A DNA stretch of 64,000 nucleotides from a virus (Duplodnaviria; Heunggongvirae; Uroviricota; Caudoviricetes). The position numbers were made by a program, and so were the translations under genes. The stretch covers positions 15,911 to 79,910 of the IMG/VR virus record IMGVR_UViG_3300006056_000031; one strand, written 5' to 3'. Every line of letters starts with the position of its first letter. Position 1 is the stretch's first letter. The notes beneath the pieces were generated by a model that was not told the DNA's origin, made no database searches, and worked only from the letters and a program-made list of their open reading frames with translations. This document shows positions 19,505 through 27,579 of the stretch, piece after piece.

Positions 19505-20300
19505 TCATATAGCAAAAGCCATACAGGAATATCCCTCTTTATATAAGGATGTGGATTATGAAAAATCCAAACTGAAAGTGCTAAACCATATATTCTTTAC
19601 TAATGGTAATGGATTAGAGATGGCAGAAACCGAGAATCCTGAGGATGGTGGATATGTTGTCCAGCCGAAACACAAGAAAGACAAGTTTGGAGATTGGAAA
19701 AGAATTAAGGATAAGCCATATGCTTCGGTAAAATATAAGAAAATACCAGATGGGTATTTTGAGAGTGTGGTTTATTATGTATATGGCAGCGGAGGACCAC
19801 TGGAAACTCTACACAGAAAGGATGGCCATGGCGGTTCCGATACTTTATTCAGATACGAAAAAACCGACAGGGAATACCAAAAACCTAGACTTTATGAGGC
19901 CGAATCCAGATCGAATTTTTCACCTTATCCATTGAGTAAAGGCTATGCTCTTGCATGTGACATTTTCTACGAGAATCAATTTCTGCAAGAGGATTGGATG
20001 GCGGAGCTTGTTATTTTGTGCGAGAGAACTCTTGAGTATTTTAATAATCATGAATATCTCGATCATGTTTACTATCCAAGTGATGGACGTGTTGGTAGCG
20101 ATCTAAGAGCATTCAACGAGAAATTTGAAAATTCTGGTATAAAGGGAGTAAACGAATTAAGAAAAATCTGGGGATATGAAGCAAAGGAAACGCCAGTTGA
20201 TCGTGATGAAGTACTAGAGAAGAAGAAAAAATCTTGGGAAAAATTTAAAAATGAGCAGATTAGTTTTTTAACTAAATTTCTAAAAAAATATAAAAAATAG
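19491..20300 (+). CDS. hypothetical protein
   Basis: ORF of 269 aa. Confidence 0.5.
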   Translation: MKITDHIAKAIQEYPSLYKDVDYEKSKLKVLNHIFFTNGNGLEMAETENPEDGGYVVQPKHKKDKFGDWKRIKDKPYASVKYKKIPDGYFESVVYYVYGSGGPLETLHRKDGHGGSDTLFRYEKTDREYQKPRLYEAESRSNFSPYPLSKGYALACDIFYENQFLQEDWMAELVILCERTLEYFNNHEYLDHVYYPSDGRVGSDLRAFNEKFENSGIKGVNELRKIWGYEAKETPVDRDEVLEKKKKSWEKFKNEQISFLTKFLKKYKK

Positions 20301-20301
20301 A

Positions 20302-20550
20302 ATGAGAATAAAAGCAATTTATAAAAAAAACCTGAAAATGCCAGAGGGAAAAGTGGCATCACAGGTTGCACATGCAGTTAAGAATCTTGGTATCACACCA
20401 ATCGATTCGGTGATAGTTGTTCTTGCAGTTTCCAATAAGAAATTTGCGGAACTTGTTGCTGAGCACCCAAACTGTTATGTACAAACCGATCTTGGTTTAA
20501 CCTGCGTGGAAAGTGGTACACGTACTGCTGCTGCATGGATAGAAGAATAA
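20302..20550 (+). CDS. peptidyl-tRNA hydrolase, PTH2 family (compact)
   Basis: LKMPEGKVASQVAHAV matches the PTH2 motif (L.MgkGKiAAQc.HAa). YVQTDLGLTCVESGTRTAAAWI corresponds to the PTH2 C-terminal motif D.G.TqI..GS.TvlAigP. Confidence 0.65.
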   Translation: MRIKAIYKKNLKMPEGKVASQVAHAVKNLGITPIDSVIVVLAVSNKKFAELVAEHPNCYVQTDLGLTCVESGTRTAAAWIEE

Positions 20551-20553
20551 ATT

Positions 20554-21000
20554 ATGACGAATAAAGTTAACATAAACAACAGAAAAGCAAAGTTTGATTA
20601 CGAGTTCATTAGAACTCTAACCGCTGGAATGCAGTTAATGGGTTCGGAAGTAAAGGCTATCAGAGATGGTAGAGTTTCATTTGTTGATTCCTACTGTTAT
20701 TTCAATGGAAAGGAACTTTTTCTGAAGAATCTAAACATTACACCAATATCCTCGACATATACACACGAGCCAAACAGAGAAAGAAAATTACTTCTTAATA
20801 GAAGTGAACTTAAAAAGTTACAGAATGACATGGATAGAGGAATGACTATAGTTCCATTCCGAATTTTTACTAATGAGAAGGGTTTGATTAAATTGGATAT
20901 TGCTCTTGCGAGGGGAAAGAAGACCTATGATAAAAAGAAAAAAATAAGGGAGGAGGATATAGAGAGGGATACGAAAAGATCCATCGCCGGGGATATATAG
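20554..21000 (+). CDS. smpB: SsrA-binding protein SmpB
   Basis: AKFDYEFIRTLTAGMQLMGSEVKAIRDGRVSFVDSYCYF...ELFL.N..ITP..........ERKLLLNRSELKKL....DRGMTIVPFRIF.NEKGLIKLDIALARGKKTYDKKKKIREEDIER is collinear with the SmpB family over its full length. Confidence 0.8.
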   Translation: MTNKVNINNRKAKFDYEFIRTLTAGMQLMGSEVKAIRDGRVSFVDSYCYFNGKELFLKNLNITPISSTYTHEPNRERKLLLNRSELKKLQNDMDRGMTIVPFRIFTNEKGLIKLDIALARGKKTYDKKKKIREEDIERDTKRSIAGDI

Positions 21001-21019
21001 GTATAAAAATGTACCTAAT

Positions 21020-22054
21020 ATGAGATACGATAAAAAATATTTGATTAATTATCTAATAGAAAATTATAGCAAAAAGAGCAAATCTGAAATAATCAATGAA
21101 CTTGGTCTTTCCTGGTCATATTTACAAAGAATAGCATCATTAAATGGTATAAAGAGGGAATTTTCGGAAAATAAAAATGTAGGTAAATATTCGATACTAA
21201 CAAACTATGATGATATAACAAGTTGTTATTGGTTGGGATTTATGCTAGCTGATGGTAACATAAGCAAAAAAAATAATATGATGCTTAATTTAGCAATAAA
21301 GGATAAAGATCATATACTCAAAATAGAAGATCATGTTGGGAAAACTAGCGTTTATTATCAAAATGATAATATAATAAGGGTTGTTTTAAATGACTCCGGA
21401 ACATTTAGAAAAATAGCATCCGATTTTGAATGGAAAACAAACAAAACTAAAAATCCACCAGTCCTACCAGAATCAATGCAGCAAGATTGTATATTTTCGA
21501 TGGTTGTTGGATTTATTGATGGCGATGGATGCATTGACGAAAGACATGGACTCGCCGTTAAATGCGATGGCTCGTGGCAAGACATGCTTAATTATTTTTA
21601 TTTGATATTAACAGGAGATTCTAAAAAATATCAAATTGATAATAATGGATATTCAATATTTCGCATAGGAAACATGATAAAACTAAAGGATATAAAGAAA
21701 AAAATTATTGAGCTTAATATTCCGGCTATGGATAGAAAGTGGGATAAAGTGGATATTAACAGGATATACAAATCGGAGAAAGAATCTATTATTTCAGAGA
21801 TGCTAAATAATGGAAATAATATGAATGCAATATTGGAAAAAACAGGATTTAGTAAAACCTTATATTATTCAGTTGCAAATAAGAAAGGTGTAAATATAAG
21901 AAAAAATAAAATATCCAATGATCAATTCATGTCAATAGTAACAATGTACAACAATGGAATTAATCCGTCAGAGATGTCCAGATCTATTGAATTGAGTATA
22001 TCCACAATATATAGGCAGATTAAAAAATATAAAGCAACTAAAAGAAGTTTATAA
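21020..22054 (+). CDS. LAGLIDADG homing endonuclease (two-motif, monomeric type)
   Basis: Two LAGLIDADG motifs: CYWLGFMLADGNIS and FSMVVGFIDGDGCID. Confidence 0.75.
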   Translation: MRYDKKYLINYLIENYSKKSKSEIINELGLSWSYLQRIASLNGIKREFSENKNVGKYSILTNYDDITSCYWLGFMLADGNISKKNNMMLNLAIKDKDHILKIEDHVGKTSVYYQNDNIIRVVLNDSGTFRKIASDFEWKTNKTKNPPVLPESMQQDCIFSMVVGFIDGDGCIDERHGLAVKCDGSWQDMLNYFYLILTGDSKKYQIDNNGYSIFRIGNMIKLKDIKKKIIELNIPAMDRKWDKVDINRIYKSEKESIISEMLNNGNNMNAILEKTGFSKTLYYSVANKKGVNIRKNKISNDQFMSIVTMYNNGINPSEMSRSIELSISTIYRQIKKYKATKRSL

Positions 22055-22311
22055 TGGAAAGAGTTGAAATGAGGGATAAGACGAATAGATCAAATCCAAA
22101 AATTGAGACGCCAGCAAATTCTGGTAAAAAATCACATAAGTATCCGCCATCTAACAAGGAAATGGTATCACTTGGCTCTTCCGGACCTACTGGTATTCCT
22201 GGTCCTTCGGGAATAAATGGATTCGGAGATATGTCATCAGGTTCAGTAAAGATTGGAAAAACTGCTAAAAAGGTGAAAAATTGGGATACTTCATTTAATG
22301 ATTTTTTCTAA
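22054..22311 (+). CDS. hypothetical Gly-rich (collagen-like) small protein
   Basis: 85 aa with GSSGPTGIPGPSGINGFG Gly-X-Y-like triplets. Confidence 0.4.
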   Translation: MERVEMRDKTNRSNPKIETPANSGKKSHKYPPSNKEMVSLGSSGPTGIPGPSGINGFGDMSSGSVKIGKTAKKVKNWDTSFNDFF

Positions 22312-22604
22312 TGAAAGAATCATTAAAAGACCTTTCATTACCATTAATCTTTGTCGGGATCCCAATATTGGTTCTAGGACTTATTATAGTGCTGCATACG
22401 GAACCAAATAGATATGTGGGTACTGTAATGAAGGTAAGCAGTTGGGATGGAGCAGCGAGCTTAAAAACAAAGAATAAGAAGGGTAAGGATACCATCATCG
22501 AGGTCAAACCAAGAAGATCTGAAAGATTCACAGAAGGGCAGGTAATTACTGTTTGGACTGGCGGTGATTTAGTAGGTGGAATAGCAACAACAAATCCACA
22601 ATAA
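22311..22604 (+). CDS. hypothetical membrane-anchored protein
   Basis: 97 aa. N-terminal TM segment LSLPLIFVGIPILVLGLIIVL. Confidence 0.4.
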   Translation: MKESLKDLSLPLIFVGIPILVLGLIIVLHTEPNRYVGTVMKVSSWDGAASLKTKNKKGKDTIIEVKPRRSERFTEGQVITVWTGGDLVGGIATTNPQ

Positions 22605-22607
22605 CAA

Positions 22608-23105
22608 ATGAAAAATATAATGAGACAAGACATACTAGATATTAAAAAAATAGCAATAGAAACTTTTGTCATGGACAAGGATTCCATCCATGGGATTCAA
22701 CATTGGGATGAGGTCTATGGGAATGGCATGATGTTATCACAACAGCTGGGAGTTGACCAATTAGTTGTTGGTCTTTTTGCATACCTACATGATTGCAAAA
22801 GGGAAGATGATCATCAGGATCCTGAACATGGTGACAGAGCTGCTGATTTTGTGGTTTTTTTAAGAAACAGCGGAAAGTTGGAATTCCTAGAACATAGCCA
22901 ATATATCCAGCTATGGAAAGCCTGCTTACAACACCACAAGGGTGTAGTTGACATCGAGGACATCACAATAGGTGCCTGCTTTGATGCTGACAGAATAGAG
23001 CTAATCCGATGTGGTATAGTACCCAGGGTTGAACTAATGAGTACACCAATGGGAATTAGAATAGCACAGAAAATGAAAGAATTACAAACATTTAAAGGAC
23101 ATTAA
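22608..23105 (+). CDS. HD-domain phosphohydrolase (resembles the HD domain of bacterial CCA-adding enzymes)
   Basis: IHGIQHWDEV...LFAYLHDCKRED...HGDRAADF gives an H...HD...D metal-binding pattern. It aligns with the E. coli Cca HD region (IDTGIHTL...ATLCHDLGK). Confidence 0.55.
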   Translation: MKNIMRQDILDIKKIAIETFVMDKDSIHGIQHWDEVYGNGMMLSQQLGVDQLVVGLFAYLHDCKREDDHQDPEHGDRAADFVVFLRNSGKLEFLEHSQYIQLWKACLQHHKGVVDIEDITIGACFDADRIELIRCGIVPRVELMSTPMGIRIAQKMKELQTFKGH

Positions 23106-23106
23106 T

Positions 23107-23286
23107 ATGAAAAAATATAGAATAAGAGTACTGTTGAATAATGGACAATCAATATCATATTTTGCTGTAGACACGGCCATAAAAGGAGAACTTACTGAAA
23201 TTGGCGATAACCATTACCGCTTTAGAGACGACAATGGGAGGTTTAGCTACTATCCAATCGTTAACACAATAGTGGAGGAACAATAA
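23107..23286 (+). CDS. hypothetical small protein (59 aa)
   Basis: ATG two nt after the upstream stop; TAATG overlap with the next ORF. Below the track cutoff. Confidence 0.35.
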   Translation: MKKYRIRVLLNNGQSISYFAVDTAIKGELTEIGDNHYRFRDDNGRFSYYPIVNTIVEEQ

Positions 23287-23519
23287 TGGCAAAGTTATAT
23301 GATGCTGTAGGAATCGCAAGGAAAAAAGGTAGAAGCACCAAAACTACCAGGGAGGGCAACAGACTATTTGATAGCCTGGATATGGCAATCATCAAACATG
23401 ATGAGGCGGTACATAATGCCCAATTAAAAAGAGGTGAAATTGAAAAAGGTATAAAACATAAGATCTATGCTTGCGGGTGTGGTGGTTCAGGATGTTGCTT
23501 ACATGTTGAAATTAAATAA
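23286..23519 (+). CDS. hypothetical protein
   Basis: 77 aa with a C-terminal CGCGGSGCC. Confidence 0.4.
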   Translation: MAKLYDAVGIARKKGRSTKTTREGNRLFDSLDMAIIKHDEAVHNAQLKRGEIEKGIKHKIYACGCGGSGCCLHVEIK

Positions 23520-23526
23520 AAAAATC

Positions 23527-23844
23527 ATGGCAAAATATTTAGGAGAGGTTGAGGTAGGGATGGAAGATCCAGGAAATCCATACACTGGATTTGGAATCAA
23601 AGATTGGATGTTTGAGTTCATCGAGAGATACGGATCGATTGACGGTGCACACCACAAGGATTGGGTAATGAACCAATGTACAAAAATCTATCACGGAACA
23701 CCGGTTATGATTAGATTGGCATCATGGGATAATGGAGAAACCGAATACAGAATAAATCTTGGCGAGGATTCAGAAGCATATAAAAAATATGTAGAGGAGA
23801 CGGAGGAAGCAGGTTATGAGGTGGAAGAGGGAATTGCTCCATAA
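23527..23844 (+). CDS. hypothetical protein
   Basis: Start moved to the in-frame ATG at 23527 (MAKYLGEV...) to avoid overlap with the upstream ORF. Followed by a promoter box. Confidence 0.45.
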   Translation: MAKYLGEVEVGMEDPGNPYTGFGIKDWMFEFIERYGSIDGAHHKDWVMNQCTKIYHGTPVMIRLASWDNGETEYRINLGEDSEAYKKYVEETEEAGYEVEEGIAP

Positions 23845-23850
23845 ATATTT

Positions 23851-23886
23851 TTTTATCTCGAAATATTTTATTATATTTGCGATATA
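23851..23886 (+). promoter_or_regulatory. phage promoter (-7 box 23872-23880)
   Basis: ttttatctcgaaatattttattatatttgcgatataaaaa. Confidence 0.55.
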
Positions 23887-23899
23887 AAAATAAAAGAAC

Positions 23900-24484
23900 A
23901 TGGATTTGACAACCTACGTAGACTGGTGCATAGCACAACACGATAATACCAACCACATGTATGACAAATATTTGCCATATTCTTTCCATTTAAGAATGGT
24001 TGATAGAGCAGCACAACAATTCGAGCATCTTTTGGATGATACGAAAGACATGCAAACTGGTAAATCTAGAGAGATCCTGGATGGAAATAGATTAGGATTC
24101 GTTTCTCTTAGAATGGCTTGTAGAAAAGCTGGCTGGGGACATGATACAATCGAGGACACCAGAACATCATATAATGACGCAGTTAACCATCTTGGTAAAG
24201 ATGCAGCTGATATTGTTTATGCTGTTACTAACGAGAAAGGTAAGAATCGTTCGGAAAGAGCTAATGACAAATACTACGAGGGAATAGTAGCAACACCAGG
24301 AGCGGTTTTCGTTAAGCTTTGCGATCGTATTGCTAATGTTCAGTATGGTAAAATGACAGGAAGTGGTATGTACGACAAGTACAAAAAAGAGAATGCTAAC
24401 TTTATTACCAAGCTTGGTGGCGATGATAAGGATCATAAATTAGCTCCAATGTTCGAATATTTATTAAACCTTTTTAAAGACTAA
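23900..24484 (+). CDS. small alarmone hydrolase (Mesh1/SpoT-type HD-domain (p)ppGpp hydrolase)
   Basis: RMACRKAGWGHDTIEDT...AVNHLGKDAADIVYAVTNEKG...KLCDRIANV matches the SpoT/RelA hydrolase-domain signature HDxxED(T) and its flanking helices. Its 194 aa is typical of single-domain SAH enzymes. Confidence 0.65.
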   Translation: MDLTTYVDWCIAQHDNTNHMYDKYLPYSFHLRMVDRAAQQFEHLLDDTKDMQTGKSREILDGNRLGFVSLRMACRKAGWGHDTIEDTRTSYNDAVNHLGKDAADIVYAVTNEKGKNRSERANDKYYEGIVATPGAVFVKLCDRIANVQYGKMTGSGMYDKYKKENANFITKLGGDDKDHKLAPMFEYLLNLFKD

Positions 24485-25363
24485 TTGATGATAACAAATT
24501 CAAACAAATTAGAGATATTTGAAAACTTCATTGCTCTACCTAAAACTAGCAAGAAGCCGGATAATTCAATCGGAGGTATCACTATTGGTAATACTATGAC
24601 ATCGTTCATAAGTGGTGCTATGGAAAGAGATAGCAATTCACTTACTGAATCAATAGAGGTTCGTGCAGTTGATTATTTTCACTATCTTCATATGCACGAG
24701 CATACGTTCAAAAGCTGGATTAAATTAAGAGCGGCTGAACTGCTTTTTCCAAATAAGAAAATAACTAAAATCAGATACCAATCAGTTGATGAATTTTTTA
24801 ATGACGTTAAGAATTCAATCAAAATCCTGGAAGTAAATCCAGGTTCCGTTGAATTCTATACCAATGCAATAGAAACAGCAAAGGATAACGGACAAATAGC
24901 TTTTTTAGAAATATTAAGGGATAAGAAGGATGGAGTTCTTGCTGAGGCTAAACTATTGGAGGTTGGTGAGATGAAATACGTTACTGAAGAGGACGTAGTT
25001 AAGTTTTATAAAAAAGCAAATCTAAAAGATAGAATGCTGAAAATGACGTGGATGAAAAACTACGCCAGAATGATTCCCGAGGATGTTATAGAGGAGAAGA
25101 AAAAATACGACGCTTCTGAGCTATTCGATAATTATGTTATCCTACATTTTGATAAGTATGACAATTCCACGAAGATGACAAAAGCCGAGGTTGAAAAGGC
25201 CAAGGATCCAATTCTATTTGGTGTTCTTAAAGGTACTAGAAAATTGTACTTTATAGGTGATTGGATAGATGAGTATTGTGATCTGACATTGGATAAATTC
25301 TTATCAACTCTCGAAATGGAAGAAGCTAGAAAGCTAACATCCGAAACAATGGTAAAGAACTAA
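24485..25363 (+). CDS. hypothetical protein
   Basis: ORF of 292 aa. Confidence 0.5.
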   Translation: MMITNSNKLEIFENFIALPKTSKKPDNSIGGITIGNTMTSFISGAMERDSNSLTESIEVRAVDYFHYLHMHEHTFKSWIKLRAAELLFPNKKITKIRYQSVDEFFNDVKNSIKILEVNPGSVEFYTNAIETAKDNGQIAFLEILRDKKDGVLAEAKLLEVGEMKYVTEEDVVKFYKKANLKDRMLKMTWMKNYARMIPEDVIEEKKKYDASELFDNYVILHFDKYDNSTKMTKAEVEKAKDPILFGVLKGTRKLYFIGDWIDEYCDLTLDKFLSTLEMEEARKLTSETMVKN

Positions 25364-25384
25364 AAAAATAACAATTTCAATTCT

Positions 25385-25849
25385 ATGAATAGATTTATAG
25401 CGATTTTTCTCCTTTTCTTGTGTGCTTCTGGGTACAGTCAAAATAGAAGCCACATCACCAGAAATAGAAAACCTTTGACCTCCATCGGATCAATTAAGAT
25501 TGGTTCCGATATTGAATCTGTCGATGTCAACTTAGAAAATTTTGTTCCTGTTGAATCCGAGTTTGTGGAGATCTATAGAATCGATAACTATCCTTTTACT
25601 AAAAATATCATATTAAGTAATCTATATTTAAAATTTTATAAGCGTAAATTGGTTGAGATAATTCTCGATTTTAATCAGCAGTATAGCGATTATATAGGAT
25701 ATCTCCAGAGAACTGAATATTCAGATAGACCTAATGGTGAGATTGTGATAACATATAACACTTTTACTCCTGGTATTATATTCAGATCATTTCTAAATGG
25801 TGATCGGAAAGATTCAATGATAATGTGCATTGAAAATTATCAGGAATAA
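25385..25849 (+). CDS. hypothetical secreted protein/lipoprotein
   Basis: 154 aa. Signal-peptide-like N-terminus MNRFIAIFLLFLCASGYSQ (a Cys near the cleavage region suggests a lipobox). Confidence 0.5.
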   Translation: MNRFIAIFLLFLCASGYSQNRSHITRNRKPLTSIGSIKIGSDIESVDVNLENFVPVESEFVEIYRIDNYPFTKNIILSNLYLKFYKRKLVEIILDFNQQYSDYIGYLQRTEYSDRPNGEIVITYNTFTPGIIFRSFLNGDRKDSMIMCIENYQE

Positions 25850-25865
25850 ATTCATTTTTATTTTT

Positions 25866-25900
25866 TTATTCCGGAATAATTTCATATATTTGCAATGTAA
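25866..25900 (+). promoter_or_regulatory. phage promoter (-7 box 25885-25893); upstream element is the perfect palindrome TTATTCCGGAATAA
   Basis: ttattccggaataatttcatatatttgcaatgtaa. Confidence 0.55.
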
Positions 25901-25912
25901 TTAATAATAGGA

Positions 25913-26161
25913 ATGGCAAAGAATAAGGAACAGGCGGAGAGATACAAAGCAGAAGGACTTAGACGAATGCTTGCTAGAAAAAAGCAAAGGTTCGAAAAGT
26001 ACAGAACACTTGCTATCGAAGCTAGTAATTTAGGAATTCCTTTAGCAGGTGCAAGACTTGGAGGATCCTGGCCAGACCCAGATTCACCAACAGGATATTC
26101 ACAGAAATGCTCATATGAGGTATGGGGAACATGTCAATCACCTTGTAATGGTGATTGTTAA
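25913..26161 (+). CDS. hypothetical basic protein
   Basis: 82 aa, Arg/Lys-rich at the N-terminus and Cys-rich at the C-terminus. Downstream of promoter box 25885-25893. Confidence 0.45.
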   Translation: MAKNKEQAERYKAEGLRRMLARKKQRFEKYRTLAIEASNLGIPLAGARLGGSWPDPDSPTGYSQKCSYEVWGTCQSPCNGDC

Positions 26162-26168
26162 TAAGATT

Positions 26169-26225
26169 TGGGATATAGCTTAGTGGTAGAGCTTTACAGC
26201 GGAGGTTCAATTCCTTCTATCCCGA
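26169..26225 (+). tRNA. tRNA-like element lacking an anticodon arm (about 57 nt; acceptor + D arm + T arm only); possible tRNA pseudogene or anticodon-less tRNA mimic
   Basis: The acceptor stem TGGGATA/TATCCCG, a canonical D arm (GCTTAGTGGTAGAGC) and a T arm (GGAGG-TTCAATT-CCTTC) are contiguous. Only 8 nt lie between the D and T arms. Confidence 0.4.
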
Positions 26226-26424
26226 CAAAGCAGTTTTTATTGTGCATCTCCATCGGACGAGAACATTGTTTTAGATTTAAAAACAAGGTTAATAGGACCG
26301 GGTAGTTTAAAAGTTTTCCTAGCCTTAAGGAAAAGTAAGGGTGGTTTTGCAGATGACAGTTTCCTAACCTAGTGGAAAAGTCGGTATAATAGGGAAATCG
26401 GTCGGCTTTAACCGATTCCCAACA

Positions 26425-26548
26425 GGGGGAATAGACCAACGGTATGGTACATCTCTAACTTACATCATAGATAGAATCTATGACGTCTTCACACAAAGGC
26501 GAAGTTTAGCTGATTCAAGTGTCACAGGTTCGATTCCTGTTTCCCCCA
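26425..26548 (+). tRNA. tRNA-like gene, oversized (about 124 nt) between D arm and T arm
   Basis: Perfect acceptor pairing GGGGGAA/TTCCCCC. T arm ACAGG-TTCGATT-CCTGT at 26524-26540. A 3-bp D stem of the type-II kind. The interior contains a 7-bp/3-nt-loop hairpin (26466-26482), but no canonical 5+7+5 anticodon arm could be placed by eye. Confidence 0.4.
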
Positions 26549-26735
26549 CTAGCCACGTCACTGTAAGCTGCAGTGATAACTGGACACGAAATAAGGTGGT
26601 TCCGCGGATCACTAACGAAATCGTCTGAGGTAGAGTCCGAGTCCAGGGTTAAAACATAAAGAGTCTACTACATAACGAGGCGCCAAATTAATCTCGACAT
26701 GTACTGTCTGGCAGGTCAGACTAGGCTCTTTAAAC

Positions 26736-26812
26736 GATTGGAAATAGCTTGATTGTGGCGCGACGCCTATTGGGAGCAGTGGTAAAAATGGGTTCGAATC
26801 CTGTTCCAATCA
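26736..26812 (+). tRNA. tRNA gene (77 nt; isotype undetermined)
   Basis: Acceptor GATTGGA/TCCAATC. T arm ATGGG-TTCGAAT-CCTGT at 26788-26804. Total length is canonical. The D and anticodon arms are not cleanly assignable by eye. Confidence 0.55.
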
Positions 26813-26896
26813 CGAAACACGTAAAACGCAAACGCACGGGCCCTAGATGCATAAGGTGAGGCGCACCCCGTATACTGGATGACCTCTGTTTTTAAC

Positions 26897-27003
26897 GACC
26901 AGAATGCAGGGATGGAACCCTGCACATTAGAAAGTTCCTATAAAGCAATGGTTGATGTCGTGGAGCTTTGACATTAACTGCGGGTTCGATTCCTGCACTG
27001 GTC
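26897..27003 (+). tRNA. tRNA-like gene, oversized (about 107 nt)
   Basis: Acceptor GACCAGA/ACTGGTC (6 of 7 bp). T arm GCGGG-TTCGATT-CCTGC at 26979-26995. A 7-bp interior hairpin at 26903-26922. Confidence 0.35.
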
Positions 27004-27016
27004 ACAAATGCAAATG

Positions 27017-27083
27017 GGGAGATATGCTTAAAGTCACGTGGAGGTAAAGCAATAAGATTGGAGGTTCGAGTCCTTCTCTCTCC
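27017..27083 (+). tRNA. tRNA-like gene (short, about 67 nt)
   Basis: T arm GGAGG-TTCGAGT-CCTTC at 27059-27075. 3' acceptor TCTCTCC pairs with GGAGATA at 27017-27023 (6 of 7 bp). Confidence 0.35.
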
Positions 27084-27298
27084 ACAAAAAGAAAATGTTC
27101 TTCGTGGTGAATGAACGGTATTTTATAGGATGGACGCATTGGTAATAGTTGGGTAAGGAGAGAACTGCAGTGGGCTGCTGCACTACACCTCAAGAAAAAT
27201 CGCAAGATAAAACTGCCAATTTAGATAGAAAGAACTAAGCCATCCAATAAAATGCCAAAGAAACAATTTTAAAATAATTGTTATTGTTATTTTTTTAA

Positions 27299-27340
27299 TC
27301 CGAATTATTATCATATATTTGTGTGATAATTCGGATTTTT
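27299..27340 (+). promoter_or_regulatory. phage promoter (-7 box 27313-27320) embedded in the loop of a 12-bp inverted repeat
   Basis: AATCCGAATTAT-tatcatatatttgtgtg-ATAATTCGGATT. The stem arms flank the TATATTTG box. Confidence 0.5.
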
Positions 27341-27357
27341 AATTTAAAAATAAACTC

Positions 27358-27579
27358 ATGACACCAGAAACATTAAAGGAGGCTAAGGATTTCAGAAGAA
27401 GTACCGGAATAATGGCAATAGTTCTTTGGACTTTTATGCCATTCTTCGTTTACCTATCGGATTCGAAATCAATTGATATCACAGTACTTATTTCAATTGG
27501 AGCGATAGTACTCACATTCATCTACTTCAAAATGAATGGTCTAATTAAGAAATACGAGAGGATATCAGATGGAAAATAA
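27358..27579 (+). CDS. hypothetical membrane protein
   Basis: 73 aa with two hydrophobic segments. Downstream of promoter box 27313-27320. Confidence 0.45.
   Translation: MTPETLKEAKDFRRSTGIMAIVLWTFMPFFVYLSDSKSIDITVLISIGAIVLTFIYFKMNGLIKKYERISDGK

Noticed and set aside
26226-26424. Possible tmRNA mRNA-like domain (GCA-initiated short frame GCAGATGACAGTTTCCTAACCTAG) between tRNA-like elements
   Set aside because: The encoded peptide (ADDSFLT) lacks the hydrophobic ...LAA-type C-terminus needed for degradation tagging. The flanking tRNA-like halves do not pair with each other as a tmRNA acceptor. Left as an open question under the SmpB finding.
26690-26730. Group I intron P7-like CAGACTA sequence in the tRNA block
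   Set aside because: No matching UAGUC partner or P3/P4/P6 elements nearby. Too little space for a group I core.
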